NCBI GenBank assembly: GCA_017470245.1
Contig: JAFUEV010000044.1
Span: 51,904 to 115,903 of the forward strand
Direction: 5' to 3'
DNA: 64,000 nucleotides
Source of the DNA: a bacterium
GTDB taxonomy: Bacteria > Cyanobacteriota > Vampirovibrionia > Gastranaerophilales > Gastranaerophilaceae
The position numbers were made by a program, and so were the translations under genes. This document shows positions 26,455 to 35,945 of this stretch, one piece after another. The notes under the pieces are model-generated. The model ran no database searches and was not told the origin of the DNA. It saw only the letters and a program-made list of their open reading frames with translations. How positions within the stretch are numbered: the stretch's first letter is position 1; every line of letters begins with the position of its first letter.

Positions 26455-26491
26455 TAAAAATGACACCACTATTGTGGTGTCATTTTTTTAT
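26455..26491. terminator. Bidirectional rho-independent terminator between convergent genes
   Basis: A 10-bp stem (atgacaccac / gtggtgtcat) with a tatt loop. An A-run lies before it and a T-run after it. Confidence 0.65.
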
Positions 26492-26500
26492 TAATATTTT

Positions 26501-26701
26501 TTATTTTGCAATTAATTCATTCATTTCTTCGACCATTTTATCCGGGTCTATTCCGTGAACTTTTGCACCTGCTTCTAAATTTTCAAATCTTGCTGCAGCA
26601 CATCCTATGCAACCAAATCCGTACTTTTGGAATACTTCTATTGTTTCGGGATATGTTTGTATAATATCTATTAATCCCATTTCTTTTGTTATTTTTCCCA
26701 T
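26501..26701 (-). CDS. DUF1858 / hybrid-cluster-protein-associated redox disulfide domain protein
   Basis: The 66-aa product is MGKITKEMGLIDIIQTYPETIEVFQKYGFGCIGCAAARFENLEAGAKVHGIDPDKMVEEMNELIAK. The RBS AGGAAAGGA lies 8 nt upstream of the ATG at 26701. The longer track ORF (to 26911) only adds low-complexity sequence. Confidence 0.7.
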   Translation of the reverse strand: MGKITKEMGLIDIIQTYPETIEVFQKYGFGCIGCAAARFENLEAGAKVHGIDPDKMVEEMNELIAK

Positions 26702-26924
26702 TCTCAAGTTCCTTTCCTTGATTTTATAAACTTTATCATTAATGATTATACAACAAGAGAAATAAAGGTGTATATGTTTAAGTATTTTATTGATATATTT
26801 TGTAAAGATACTGTTATTGGGCTTTCTGAATTTGAATATATCAGAAATAACCGTTTGTTTAAAAATAAATATTCCTCTTTGTTCAAAAACAAAAAGGAAT
26901 ATTTGTTTCAAAATTTATATGGAC

Positions 26925-27434
26925 CTACTGGTCGATACGTTTATCATCTTTAAGCAGTTTTTCAAAATCTGAAGGTTTTATGCTTTGTATGAAATTTCTA
27001 AATTCTTGTGATTCTGCTTCGTCTTTTTCACTGTCACAAGAAACGCTGCCATCAGCAAGCACTTTAACCGAAACATATATTGGGGCTTCTGCTCTGATAG
27101 CAATTGCAATCGCATCTGAAGGACGGGAATCTATTTCAACTTCATTACCGTTTTCATCTTGTAAATAGATTATTGAATAATAGGTTTCCTTTTCAACATC
27201 ATTGATTTCTACTCTATCAACTCTGTAACCTGTTTTTTCAATTACATCAATTATTAAGTCATGCGTCATAGGTCTAATGACTTTTATATTTTCCATTTTA
27301 CGAATAATTGCACTTGCTTCTGCAGAACCAATCCAAATCGGAAGAGCTTTTCTGTTCTCTTTATCATTTAAAACAATAATCGGAGAACCGCTTGCTGTAT
27401 CAATGGCAATACCCATTACTTTCATTTCAATCAT
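26925..27434 (-). CDS. Bifunctional nuclease family protein (DUF151/BFN)
   Basis: 169 aa. Family-typical stretches are VMGIAIDTASGSPIIVLNDKENRKALPIWIGSAEASAI, RPMTHDL and DSRPSDAIAIAIR. Confidence 0.8.
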   Translation of the reverse strand: MIEMKVMGIAIDTASGSPIIVLNDKENRKALPIWIGSAEASAIIRKMENIKVIRPMTHDLIIDVIEKTGYRVDRVEINDVEKETYYSIIYLQDENGNEVEIDSRPSDAIAIAIRAEAPIYVSVKVLADGSVSCDSEKDEAESQEFRNFIQSIKPSDFEKLLKDDKRIDQ

Positions 27435-27445
27435 TATATGTTCCT

Positions 27446-28198
27446 TTACAGTAATTTTGTCATAATTTCGGGACCGTCCTCAGTTACATGAACCGTATGC
27501 TCAAAGTGTGCCGATGCCTTTTTATCTTTCGTTACAACAGTCCAACCGTCATCAAGGACTTCTACATCATCACATCCTAAGTTTAACATGGGTTCTATAG
27601 CGATGACCATACCTTTTTGTAATATTAATGGATTATTGGTTCTGTAGTTAAATACGAACGGGTCTTCATGCATTTCTCTTCCGACTCCGTGTCCGCCATA
27701 CTGTCTTACTATTCCCAGATTATATTTTTTTGCAACATCTTCTATATTTCCAGCAACATTTTCCAATTTATCATTGTGTCGCATGTGCTCTAACCCTGAA
27801 AATAACGCTTCTTCTGTTGCTTTTAATAACATTTTCTTTTCTTCGGAAATGTCACCAACAGGATATGTCCATGCACTATCACCTACAAAACCTTTATATG
27901 TTGCTCCTACATCAATACTTATAATATCTCCGTTTTTTAATATTACGTCCTTTGATGAAAATCCGTGAACTACTTGTTCGTTAACAGAAGCACATATTGA
28001 AAACGGATAACCATGGTAACCTAAAAATGTAGGGTCGGCTTTATTATCTTTTATTATTTTATAGGCTAAATCGTTGAGTTCCAGTGTTGATACACCCTCT
28101 TTTACAGCGTCTCTCATAGCAGCATGAACAAGTGCAACAATATTGCCTGCCTGTTTCATTATTCCTATTTCGTGTTTGGATTTCCTATGTATAGCCAT
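27446..28198 (-). CDS. map: Type I methionine aminopeptidase
   Basis: 250 aa. Motifs present are HGYPFSICASVNEQVVHG, DVGATYKGFVGDSAWT and GHGVGREMHEDP. Confidence 0.95.
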   Translation of the reverse strand: MAIHRKSKHEIGIMKQAGNIVALVHAAMRDAVKEGVSTLELNDLAYKIIKDNKADPTFLGYHGYPFSICASVNEQVVHGFSSKDVILKNGDIISIDVGATYKGFVGDSAWTYPVGDISEEKKMLLKATEEALFSGLEHMRHNDKLENVAGNIEDVAKKYNLGIVRQYGGHGVGREMHEDPFVFNYRTNNPLILQKGMVIAIEPMLNLGCDDVEVLDDGWTVVTKDKKASAHFEHTVHVTEDGPEIMTKLL

Positions 28199-28199
28199 G

Positions 28200-28862
28200 T
28201 TATTTTATTGCTCCTGTCAGATTCTTATATATTGTATTTATATCTAAGCTCGCATCAATAGATGATAATTGACCTCTCTTTTTGTATAACTCGATTAATG
28301 GAGCTGTTTGTGCAAAATAAGTTTGAAATCTTTTTACAGCGACTTCTTCCGTATCATCTTCACGTCTGGTAAGTTTAGAACCACATTTCTCACAAATAGT
28401 TTCATCTTTTAAGTGCATAGTTTTTATATTGTAAATAGCCCCGCATTTTGGGCATGAACGTCTGTTTACGAGTCTTTCTACAAGTTTATCTTGTGATACG
28501 TCAAAATAAAATACTTGAGGTTCAACATTAGTATTTTTATCTATTTCTGAAAGGATTTTATCTAATGCTTCTGCCTGTTCCATACTTCTTGGGTATCCGT
28601 CAAGAATAAAGCCTTCTTTGCAATCATTTTTCATAAGTCTGTTTTTTATGATTTTAGATACTAAATCGATAGGCACTAATTGCCCTTTTTCCATAAAACT
28701 ATTAGCAAGTTTTCCTTCGTCACTTCCTGAAGCAACTTCTTCTCTTAATAATGAGCCCGTATCTATATGAGGAAGGTTGTATTCCTTTGATAGCATTTTT
28801 GTTTGTGTACCTTTTCCGCTTCCGGGAGGTCCAATAAATATAAATTCTTTTTTCATATTCAC
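28200..28862 (-). CDS. adk: Adenylate kinase (Zn-lid type)
   Basis: 220 aa. The P-loop is GPPGSGKGTQ and the lid cysteines are CPKCG...CEKCG. Confidence 0.95.
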   Translation of the reverse strand: MNMKKEFIFIGPPGSGKGTQTKMLSKEYNLPHIDTGSLLREEVASGSDEGKLANSFMEKGQLVPIDLVSKIIKNRLMKNDCKEGFILDGYPRSMEQAEALDKILSEIDKNTNVEPQVFYFDVSQDKLVERLVNRRSCPKCGAIYNIKTMHLKDETICEKCGSKLTRREDDTEEVAVKRFQTYFAQTAPLIELYKKRGQLSSIDASLDINTIYKNLTGAIK

Positions 28863-28914
28863 CTCTTATATTTACTACAGTCTGCAATAATTATATCACG
28901 TCAATATTTTAGGC

Positions 28915-28946
28915 GTAAAAAAATGAGCCCCAAGTGAGGCTCATTT
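28915..28946 (-). terminator. Hairpin plus U-run between secY and adk (terminator or attenuator)
   Basis: The minus strand reads aaatgagcctcacttggggctcattttttta. This is a stem atgagcc/ggctcat followed by a T-run. Confidence 0.4.
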
Positions 28947-28961
28947 CTTTATTTGTTTCTT

Positions 28962-30305
28962 TTATTGTCTTAAAAAGCTCTGATAATCGTTTGGTAAAAG
29001 GCTGGTCCTTATTTGGTTAATGAAGTCTAATGCAACACCAACCATAATTATTAAGGAGGTTGCTCCTATACCTTGCAATGTTGTAATTCCTGTAAATCTG
29101 CAAGCTAGTGAGGGTATTAAAGCTACAGTTGCCAATGCTAAAGCTCCGATAAATGTTGTTTTACTTAAGATTTTATCAAGTGCTTCTGCAGTTGGTTTCC
29201 CTGGTTTTATTCCCGGTATTGATGAACCGTATTTCTTTAATTGGGTTGCAATCTCTTTTGGCTGCAAATTTGGTATTATTGAAGCATAAAAGAAAGTCAA
29301 ACCAAATATTAACAAGAAATAGATTGCTTCATAAGCTATACTTGCCGGACTAAAGAAATTAGATATCGTTATCATTATGTCTTTTAGCGTTTCATTACTG
29401 ATGTTAGCTTGTCCTACGAGTTGTAATATAGTTGTAGGGAAAAGCAAAATAGCAATTGCAAAGATAATAGGCATTACACCACCGGGATTAAGTTTAAACG
29501 GAATATATGTATTTGTTCCGCCATAAATCTTATTTCCTACTTGTCTTCTTGGATTAACTATAATTACTTTTCTAGCTGCTTCATGCATTATTACGATTAA
29601 TACCATTGTTGCTATAAAAATTAAAAGTAATAATAATAATCCTGGAACAAGTGATGAATTACCTCTTACCAATGTAGCTGTTTGTCCTGCATAAAATGGA
29701 ATCTTAGAAATAATACCACAGAATATTAACATTGATGCACCGTTTCCGATACCTCTTTCTGTCATTAATTCTGCCATCCACATTGTTAATGCAGAACCGG
29801 CTGTAAGAATAATTACTGAACCTATTGCAAATGCAAACATGTTTACATCAGGCATTATTGCGCCACGTGCTGTTTTTATAAGATAGAATACAAATACTAA
29901 TGCTTGTATTGCAGCTATAACTATTGCAAATATACGTGTATATTGTTGTAATTTCCTTCTGCCTGCTTCACCTTCTTCTTTCTGAAGTTGTTCAAGATGT
30001 GGAATTACAACTGCCAGCAATTGCATAATAATTGATGATGTAATATAAGGTCCGATACCAAGAGCTATTATAGATACATTACCGAGTGCACCACCCGAAA
30101 ACATATCCAAAAAACCTATAAGGTTATTTGTTGCAGCTAAATTAGCAAAATTATGTCCGTCTATTCCGAATAACGGCAATTGTGCACATAATCTGAATAT
30201 AAATATCATTATGAGCGTAAATACAAGCTTTTTGCCCATACCGTTAACATTCATATTAGACATCATTGCCTGAATATTTTGCTGACTTGGTGTGTATTGT
30301 TGCAT
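28962..30305 (-). CDS. secY: Preprotein translocase subunit SecY
   Basis: 447 aa with 10 TM segments and the motif LGIGPYITSSIIMQLL. Its start overlaps the rplO stop. Confidence 0.95.
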   Translation of the reverse strand: MQQYTPSQQNIQAMMSNMNVNGMGKKLVFTLIMIFIFRLCAQLPLFGIDGHNFANLAATNNLIGFLDMFSGGALGNVSIIALGIGPYITSSIIMQLLAVVIPHLEQLQKEEGEAGRRKLQQYTRIFAIVIAAIQALVFVFYLIKTARGAIMPDVNMFAFAIGSVIILTAGSALTMWMAELMTERGIGNGASMLIFCGIISKIPFYAGQTATLVRGNSSLVPGLLLLLLIFIATMVLIVIMHEAARKVIIVNPRRQVGNKIYGGTNTYIPFKLNPGGVMPIIFAIAILLFPTTILQLVGQANISNETLKDIMITISNFFSPASIAYEAIYFLLIFGLTFFYASIIPNLQPKEIATQLKKYGSSIPGIKPGKPTAEALDKILSKTTFIGALALATVALIPSLACRFTGITTLQGIGATSLIIMVGVALDFINQIRTSLLPNDYQSFLRQ

Positions 30306-30757
30306 TATACTAACTGTGCCTTTCCGCCTGCTTTTTCAATTTTTTCTTTTGCTGATTCAGTGAAGTAATTTGCATTAACTGTAACTGCTTTTTTTAATTC
30401 GCCGTTACCTAATACTCTTAAACCTTCTGCTTTCGAAGAAACTTTTCCTGCTTCTTGTAATGATTCTAAAGATATTTCATCTGCTTTGATGTTTTCTAAG
30501 TCACTTACATTAATTGAAGCATAGCAGATTGCGTGTATGTTTTTAAAACCTTTTAATTTAGGCATTTGTCTGTAACCAGGCATCTGGCCGCCTTCAAATC
30601 CTCTTTTGGAAGATCTTCCTGCTCTTTGTCCTTCACCGTTGTTACCTCTGCAAGATGTTTTACCCCATCCTGATGATCTGCCACGACCAACTCTTTTTAT
30701 TTTACCGGTTGAACCTTCAGCCGGTCTTAAGTCTTCTATTCTAATTCTTTCTGTCAT
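30305..30757 (-). CDS. rplO: 50S ribosomal protein L15
   Basis: 150 aa. The motif KRVGRGRSSGWGKTSCRGNNGEGQRAG is present. Confidence 0.95.
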   Translation of the reverse strand: MTERIRIEDLRPAEGSTGKIKRVGRGRSSGWGKTSCRGNNGEGQRAGRSSKRGFEGGQMPGYRQMPKLKGFKNIHAICYASINVSDLENIKADEISLESLQEAGKVSSKAEGLRVLGNGELKKAVTVNANYFTESAKEKIEKAGGKAQLV

Positions 30758-30775
30758 TTTAGTTACCTTCCCTTA

Positions 30776-30961
30776 TTACTCGGCTACTTTCAATAAGTGC
30801 GGGATAGCTTTTACCATACCCATGATTACCGGTGTATTTTCATGTTCTACTGTTTGGTCTTTTTTAGTTAAACCGAGAGCTTTTGCAACTCTTCTTTGTT
30901 TTTCGGTTGAACCAATAAGGCTCTTTACCAAAGTTATTTGTATTTTTTTATTCTTTGCCAT
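30776..30961 (-). CDS. rpmD: 50S ribosomal protein L30
   Basis: 61 aa, reading IQITLVKSLIGSTEKQRRVAKALGLTK. Confidence 0.9.
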   Translation of the reverse strand: MAKNKKIQITLVKSLIGSTEKQRRVAKALGLTKKDQTVEHENTPVIMGMVKAIPHLLKVAE

Positions 30962-30975
30962 TATTATTTTTCCTC

Positions 30976-31530
30976 TTAATTAAGCATATTCTTTAATGAT
31001 AAACCACGTCTTTTTGCAACTACATCAAATGTATGTAATGCTTTTAAAGCTTCTAATGTAGCATTTGCAGCGTTCAATGGTGATTTTGAACCTAATGATT
31101 TACTTAATATGTTTTCGATACCTGCAAGTTCTAATACTGCACGTACAGCACCACCTGCGATAACCCCTGTACCTTGTGACGCAGGTCTTAACATTACGCT
31201 GCCAGCTCCTGAACGTCCTGTAATAGGATGTGGAATTGTTGTTTTAAATATAGGTACGTTTATTAAGTTCTTTCTTCCGTCTGCTACGGCTTTTTGTATT
31301 GCAATAATAACTTCAGATGCTTTTGCACATCCTACGCCAACTTGTCCGTTTTTGTTTCCTACAACTACAATTGCTCTGAAACTTAATTTCTTACCACCTT
31401 TTACAACTTTTGTAACTCTGCTTACTTGAATTACTTGTTCTTTCCATTCTGTTTGTTGTTGTGGCTCTGTTACTGTTTCAATTTTTCTTTTTTTTGATTT
31501 TGTAGCTTTTGTTTCTTTTGTTTCTTCCAC
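30976..31530 (-). CDS. rpsE: 30S ribosomal protein S5
   Basis: 184 aa with a GTG start. Motifs [24 protein letters not shown] and [19 protein letters not shown] are present, with a Lys/Thr/Glu-rich N-terminal extension. Confidence 0.95.
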   Translation of the reverse strand: MEETKETKATKSKKRKIETVTEPQQQTEWKEQVIQVSRVTKVVKGGKKLSFRAIVVVGNKNGQVGVGCAKASEVIIAIQKAVADGRKNLINVPIFKTTIPHPITGRSGAGSVMLRPASQGTGVIAGGAVRAVLELAGIENILSKSLGSKSPLNAANATLEALKALHTFDVVAKRRGLSLKNMLN

Positions 31531-31556
31531 TTTAAATACCTTTCTTTGTGTTATTT

Positions 31557-31586
31557 ATTATCCTTAAAAATAAAAAAACATGACAA
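31557..31586 (-). promoter_or_regulatory. Candidate sigma70-type promoter for the rpsE operon
   Basis: On the minus strand, TTGTCA (31586..31581), an 18-nt spacer and GATAAT (31562..31557) lie about 27 nt upstream of the GTG start. This is pattern match only. Confidence 0.3.
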
Positions 31587-31683
31587 AATCTCTTAATTTA
31601 ATAAGCTATTTTATTATGTTGTGCTTGGATTAATTTTTTCTGACAATCTAATAGTATTACATAAATATAAAAATGCAATAACT

Positions 31684-32532
31684 TTATTCATCTAAATTTA
31701 CATATTTTACGTTTTGCCAAGATAAGTCAATATACTTTGTATGTTGTTTCAGCCTGATTACGTCCGGTGAATTTAAAATATCTTTCAATTGTTTTATACG
31801 TTTAAATAATGATACATCTGTTTTCCCCAGACGTAATTTTACGCTATCTAACTGCGCAAATGCATTATTAGGTATTCTTAAATCTATATATTGAACTTTT
31901 TCACCGGAATATTCTTCAATTGTTTTTGCTAATTTATACAGATAATTTATTTTCTCTGTATCCCATTTTTCGTAATCATCTCCGTTATTTCCGTATGAGA
32001 GAATTCTAACTGTTTCAAACTGGTGATTAAATGGCAGATAATCTCTCGAAATTAATTCTCCTGTCAATGAGAATGCCGCTACATCCGGTGCATCTTCTGA
32101 TGGTGATACAGTTATTGCTGGTGTTACTTCTTCTACCATAACAACTAATCTTGCAGGAAACCAGTATCTTCTTATATACGCATGTTTTATTGGCTGTAAT
32201 TTTGTTATTTCATTTGATATACCAACAGGATTTATTTTATATATAGGTTCATTTTGAAATTGTATTTTTTGTAATTCATTTATTATCTTTTCATCAGGAA
32301 CTATTTTATTTCCAAGTATTTCTAACCTGTTTGTGTCTGATTCTTCAAATAAGTTCGAGCTTAAATACCAGTAGTGGCAAAATGCAACTCTGTGTATACC
32401 GTATATTACAAAAAGAAGGAATAAGAATCTTATAAATTTATAGATTCTTCTCAATAATATTTCTCCTCGCCTTGCTTTTCTGCGAAGTCTGTATTGTTTC
32501 ATTCTTCTTTGAATAATATATTCATTTGACAT
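31684..32532 (-). CDS. ftsQ: Cell division protein FtsQ/DivIB (POTRA)
   Basis: 282 aa with an Arg-rich cytoplasmic N-terminus, a single TM and a POTRA-like region (LEILGNKIVPDEKIINEL). Its position after ddl fits. Confidence 0.75.
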   Translation of the reverse strand: MSNEYIIQRRMKQYRLRRKARRGEILLRRIYKFIRFLFLLFVIYGIHRVAFCHYWYLSSNLFEESDTNRLEILGNKIVPDEKIINELQKIQFQNEPIYKINPVGISNEITKLQPIKHAYIRRYWFPARLVVMVEEVTPAITVSPSEDAPDVAAFSLTGELISRDYLPFNHQFETVRILSYGNNGDDYEKWDTEKINYLYKLAKTIEEYSGEKVQYIDLRIPNNAFAQLDSVKLRLGKTDVSLFKRIKQLKDILNSPDVIRLKQHTKYIDLSWQNVKYVNLDE

Positions 32533-33485
32533 TATTTGTTTAAACCTGCACTATTTAATATCATTAATACTAAGTGGTCATAATCAATACCCATTACTGC
32601 AGATTGTGCAGGTAAATCACTTGTATCTGTCATCCCCGGACTTGTATTAATTTCAAGAAAATATGGTTTATGGTTCATTACCATAAAGTCTATTCTGGAA
32701 ACGCCTGAACATCCTGCGCATTCATGTGCTTTTACCGCTATATCTTTAATCTTTTGAGTTTCTTCTTTTGATAGTGCGGTTGACGGAACTATAAAATCTG
32801 ACATACCTTTTGTATATTTCGCTTCAAAATCATACCATTCGTTTTTCGGTCTTATTTCTAATATTTCAGTTGCAAAAGCTTTCTTGTCCTTCTCAAGAAC
32901 ACCAACTGTTATAAAAAATCCGTTAATAAATTCTTCAATAAGAACATCATCATTGAATTTAATTGCTTCATTATATGCTGCTTCAAGTTCTTCCGGTTTA
33001 TTTACTTTTGTCATTCCGAAACTTGAACCCTCACATACAGGTTTTGTTATAATCGGGTAATGTAAATTTTTACAAGCAGTATGAACATTTTCGCCTTTCT
33101 TTACAAATACTGACTTTATTAAAGGTATGTCAGGACAAGTAGATAAAACTCTTTTTGTATATTCTTTATTCATACAAATAGAACTTGCCATTACGCCGCT
33201 TCCTGTATACGGAATTTGTAATATTTCCAAGATACCTTGTATGCAGCCGTCTTCTCCGTATTTGCCATGCAAGGCATTGTATGCTGCGTCATATTTCTTT
33301 GATGTTAATTTTTCTGATATATTTTTATCTACTTCAACAATTTCTGCATTTTTATACCCTAATCGTTGTAATGCTGCGTGTACATTTTTACCGGAGCGCA
33401 TTGATACTTCTCTTTCGCTGGAAAGTCCACCGCATAATACTGCTATTTTTGCATCATTTAAATATTTTCTTTCATTGTTTTCCAT
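32532..33485 (-). CDS. ddl: D-alanine--D-alanine ligase
   Basis: 317 aa. Motifs present are VLCGGLSSEREVS, ALHGKYGEDGCIQGILE and LEINTSPGMT. Confidence 0.95.
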   Translation of the reverse strand: MENNERKYLNDAKIAVLCGGLSSEREVSMRSGKNVHAALQRLGYKNAEIVEVDKNISEKLTSKKYDAAYNALHGKYGEDGCIQGILEILQIPYTGSGVMASSICMNKEYTKRVLSTCPDIPLIKSVFVKKGENVHTACKNLHYPIITKPVCEGSSFGMTKVNKPEELEAAYNEAIKFNDDVLIEEFINGFFITVGVLEKDKKAFATEILEIRPKNEWYDFEAKYTKGMSDFIVPSTALSKEETQKIKDIAVKAHECAGCSGVSRIDFMVMNHKPYFLEINTSPGMTDTSDLPAQSAVMGIDYDHLVLMILNSAGLNK

Positions 33486-34354
33486 AATTCATACTCTTTC
33501 GTATTTTCATCCCCAATATATTTTATTTCAGGTGTTAATTTTATTGTATATTTTTCTTTTACTTTTGAATACATTTTGTTCATTAATGTTAATACATCTT
33601 TTGAAGTCGCATTATTATAATTAATAATGAAATTAGCGTGTTTATCAAAAACTTTTGCTCCGCCTTCTTCTACACCTTTAAAATCACATAAATCAAGAAG
33701 CCTTCCGGCTGAGTCATTTGGCGGATTTTTAAATATGCTCCCTGCATTACCGAATTGTAAAGAAGGTTGTCTTGATTGTCTAAATTCTATATTCCTTTTC
33801 ATTATTTCATTAATTTTTACTTCATCGTCCTGTTTTAATTTAAATTCTGCATCAAGAAGTATACAGCTTCCGTCAGATATTAGCGAATTTCTATAGCTAA
33901 ATTCCATTTGTGTCTTATTAAGTTCTTGTATATTTTGGGTTCTTAAATTGAAAATTCGGCATCTGACAAAAGTATCAGCTATTGATTGGTTATGTGCCGA
34001 AGCATTCATACAAACCATCCCTCCGAAACTCCCAGGAAATCCGATTAAAAATTCAAATCCTGTTAATCCGCGTTTTGCTGCTTCTTTTGCAATAAGAGGA
34101 CCTTTTGTGCCACATTCTACTTTGATTGTATCTTCATTAACAGAAAATTTATCCAGCTTTTTTGTAATTATAATTTTTTTGTTGATATTTTCTGATGAAA
34201 ACAATACATTAGAACAGTTGCCGAGGATATAGTCAGCATTAGCTGCAACAGAGATAAGTTCTTCTATAGTATTTGGAAAAATAACTTCTTTGACTGTTGC
34301 GCCAATCCGAAATGTACTTTCATTTTTTATATTATAGTTATTAAATATTTTCAC
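33458..34354 (-). CDS. murB: UDP-N-acetylenolpyruvoylglucosamine reductase
   Basis: 298 aa. Motifs present are GNCSNVLF, GFEFLIGFPGSFGG and GGAKVFDKHANFIIN. It overlaps ddl by 28 nt. Confidence 0.9.
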   Translation of the reverse strand: MKIFNNYNIKNESTFRIGATVKEVIFPNTIEELISVAANADYILGNCSNVLFSSENINKKIIITKKLDKFSVNEDTIKVECGTKGPLIAKEAAKRGLTGFEFLIGFPGSFGGMVCMNASAHNQSIADTFVRCRIFNLRTQNIQELNKTQMEFSYRNSLISDGSCILLDAEFKLKQDDEVKINEIMKRNIEFRQSRQPSLQFGNAGSIFKNPPNDSAGRLLDLCDFKGVEEGGAKVFDKHANFIINYNNATSKDVLTLMNKMYSKVKEKYTIKLTPEIKYIGDENTKEYELWKTMKENI

Positions 34355-34356
34355 TT

Positions 34357-35754
34357 TTATACCTTAGAATATTCCTGTTCTTGTTGAATTAATTTACCTA
34401 GTTTTGTGATGCTTCCTGCACCTAATGTTATAACTATATCATTTTCTTTTAATTCGGGATATATTTTGCCTGCACATTCATCAATATTTCCTGATATATA
34501 TTTTACGTTTTTATGGTTAATTTCTTTTGAAAATCTTTCTGAATTTATGTTCTCAATTTTATCTTCACCTGCAGAGTATACATCCGTTATTATTAATTCA
34601 TCTGCATCATCAAATGCCTTTTTAAATTCATTCCATAGACTTTGTAGTCTTGTATATCTGTGAGGCTGAAAGATTGCAACTACTCTTTGATTTTGTGATT
34701 TTGCCGATTTTACTCCACTAAGTGTTGTTTTTATTTCACTTGGGTGATGTGCATAATCATCATATATTTTTATCCCTGAAAATTCACATACTTTTTGAAA
34801 TCTTCTTCCCATTCCGCTGAATGTTTTAAAGTAATTTTTATATTCTTTTGCATCTATTCCTGATTCATTTAATGCAGCAAATACGGCAAGTGAATTATAT
34901 ACATTATGTCTGCCGGGAACTGTTAATTCGATATTCGTTATTTTCTCTTTATTCTTGTATATTTCAAATGTTGAGCCAAGTCCGGAAAAAGTTATATTCT
35001 TTGCACAATAATCAGCGTTATTTGTTCCAAAGGTGATGAAGTTATATTGAGGATATAATTCCATAAATTTTTTGTTTCCTTCATCGTCGTTGTTTATTAT
35101 AACTGTTTGTTTGGGTTTGTTTGATAAATATTTATTAAATGTTGCAGCTATATCAGTAAAACCATTTTTATAATAATCTAAGTGGTCTTCTTCCATATTG
35201 TTTATAACTGCTATATCTGTACTGTATTTTTGGATTGTTCCGTCTGATTCATCTAATTCTGCACAAAAATATTTATCCTGATTATATTCACCGTTTGTAT
35301 TAATTTCAGGAATTATTCCGCCAACAACATAGGATGGATTATAACCTGACTTTTTTAATATATAAGAACACAAACCGCTTGTAGTAGTTTTCCCATGAGT
35401 ACCTGAAAAACCAATAAAGAAGGAATTATTGCGAATAGAAAATTCATCTGAAATCATTTTTAAAATGTCTGAACGATGATATATTTTTAATCCTAGTTCT
35501 TTTGCTCTAATTATTTCTTCATTATCATTTTTTATTGCGCTACTTGCAACAACAGTCATATTTTCTTTTATTAGGTTTTTATTATGACCTATTGTTACCT
35601 TTATTCCCATATCTTGAAGTAAATGTGTGTATTTACTTTCTTGAACATCAGAACCTGTAACTTCACATCCTCTTTCTTTTAAATATTTGGCAAGTGCGCT
35701 CATCCCAACCCCGCCAATAGCTATAAAATGAAATACTTTATTTTCTATACTCAT
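34357..35754 (-). CDS. murC: UDP-N-acetylmuramate--L-alanine ligase
   Basis: 465 aa. Motifs present are HFIAIGGVGMSALA, GTHGKTTT and DDYAHHPSEI. Confidence 0.95.
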   Translation of the reverse strand: MSIENKVFHFIAIGGVGMSALAKYLKERGCEVTGSDVQESKYTHLLQDMGIKVTIGHNKNLIKENMTVVASSAIKNDNEEIIRAKELGLKIYHRSDILKMISDEFSIRNNSFFIGFSGTHGKTTTSGLCSYILKKSGYNPSYVVGGIIPEINTNGEYNQDKYFCAELDESDGTIQKYSTDIAVINNMEEDHLDYYKNGFTDIAATFNKYLSNKPKQTVIINNDDEGNKKFMELYPQYNFITFGTNNADYCAKNITFSGLGSTFEIYKNKEKITNIELTVPGRHNVYNSLAVFAALNESGIDAKEYKNYFKTFSGMGRRFQKVCEFSGIKIYDDYAHHPSEIKTTLSGVKSAKSQNQRVVAIFQPHRYTRLQSLWNEFKKAFDDADELIITDVYSAGEDKIENINSERFSKEINHKNVKYISGNIDECAGKIYPELKENDIVITLGAGSITKLGKLIQQEQEYSKV

Positions 35755-35838
35755 GTTTATACATACCCAACCTAACTACATATTATATTTTATTATAAAA
35801 ATTCTAAATAGACTTTTATTAGACTTTTTATTTTTATA

Positions 35839-35864
35839 ATAAAAAAAAGCCAACTTTCGTTGGC
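35839..35864 (-). terminator. Rho-independent terminator after the repeat-protein gene
   Basis: The minus strand reads gccaac-gaaa-gttggc followed by tttttttt. Confidence 0.55.
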
Positions 35865-35945
35865 ATAATTCTTGAATATGGATTTAAGGGCAAATTAAAA
35901 CTTTATGAAAATTTAATATTTGTATTATGTTTTTTAGAGTGTTTG

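Noticed and set aside
26702-26972. The N-terminal 70 aa of track ORF 26501..26911, and the plus-strand ORFs 26768..26972
   Set aside because: The conserved DUF1858 sequence starts at Met71 with a good RBS. The upstream part and the plus-strand ORFs are low-complexity Ile/Phe/Lys sequence in what is more likely a promoter region.
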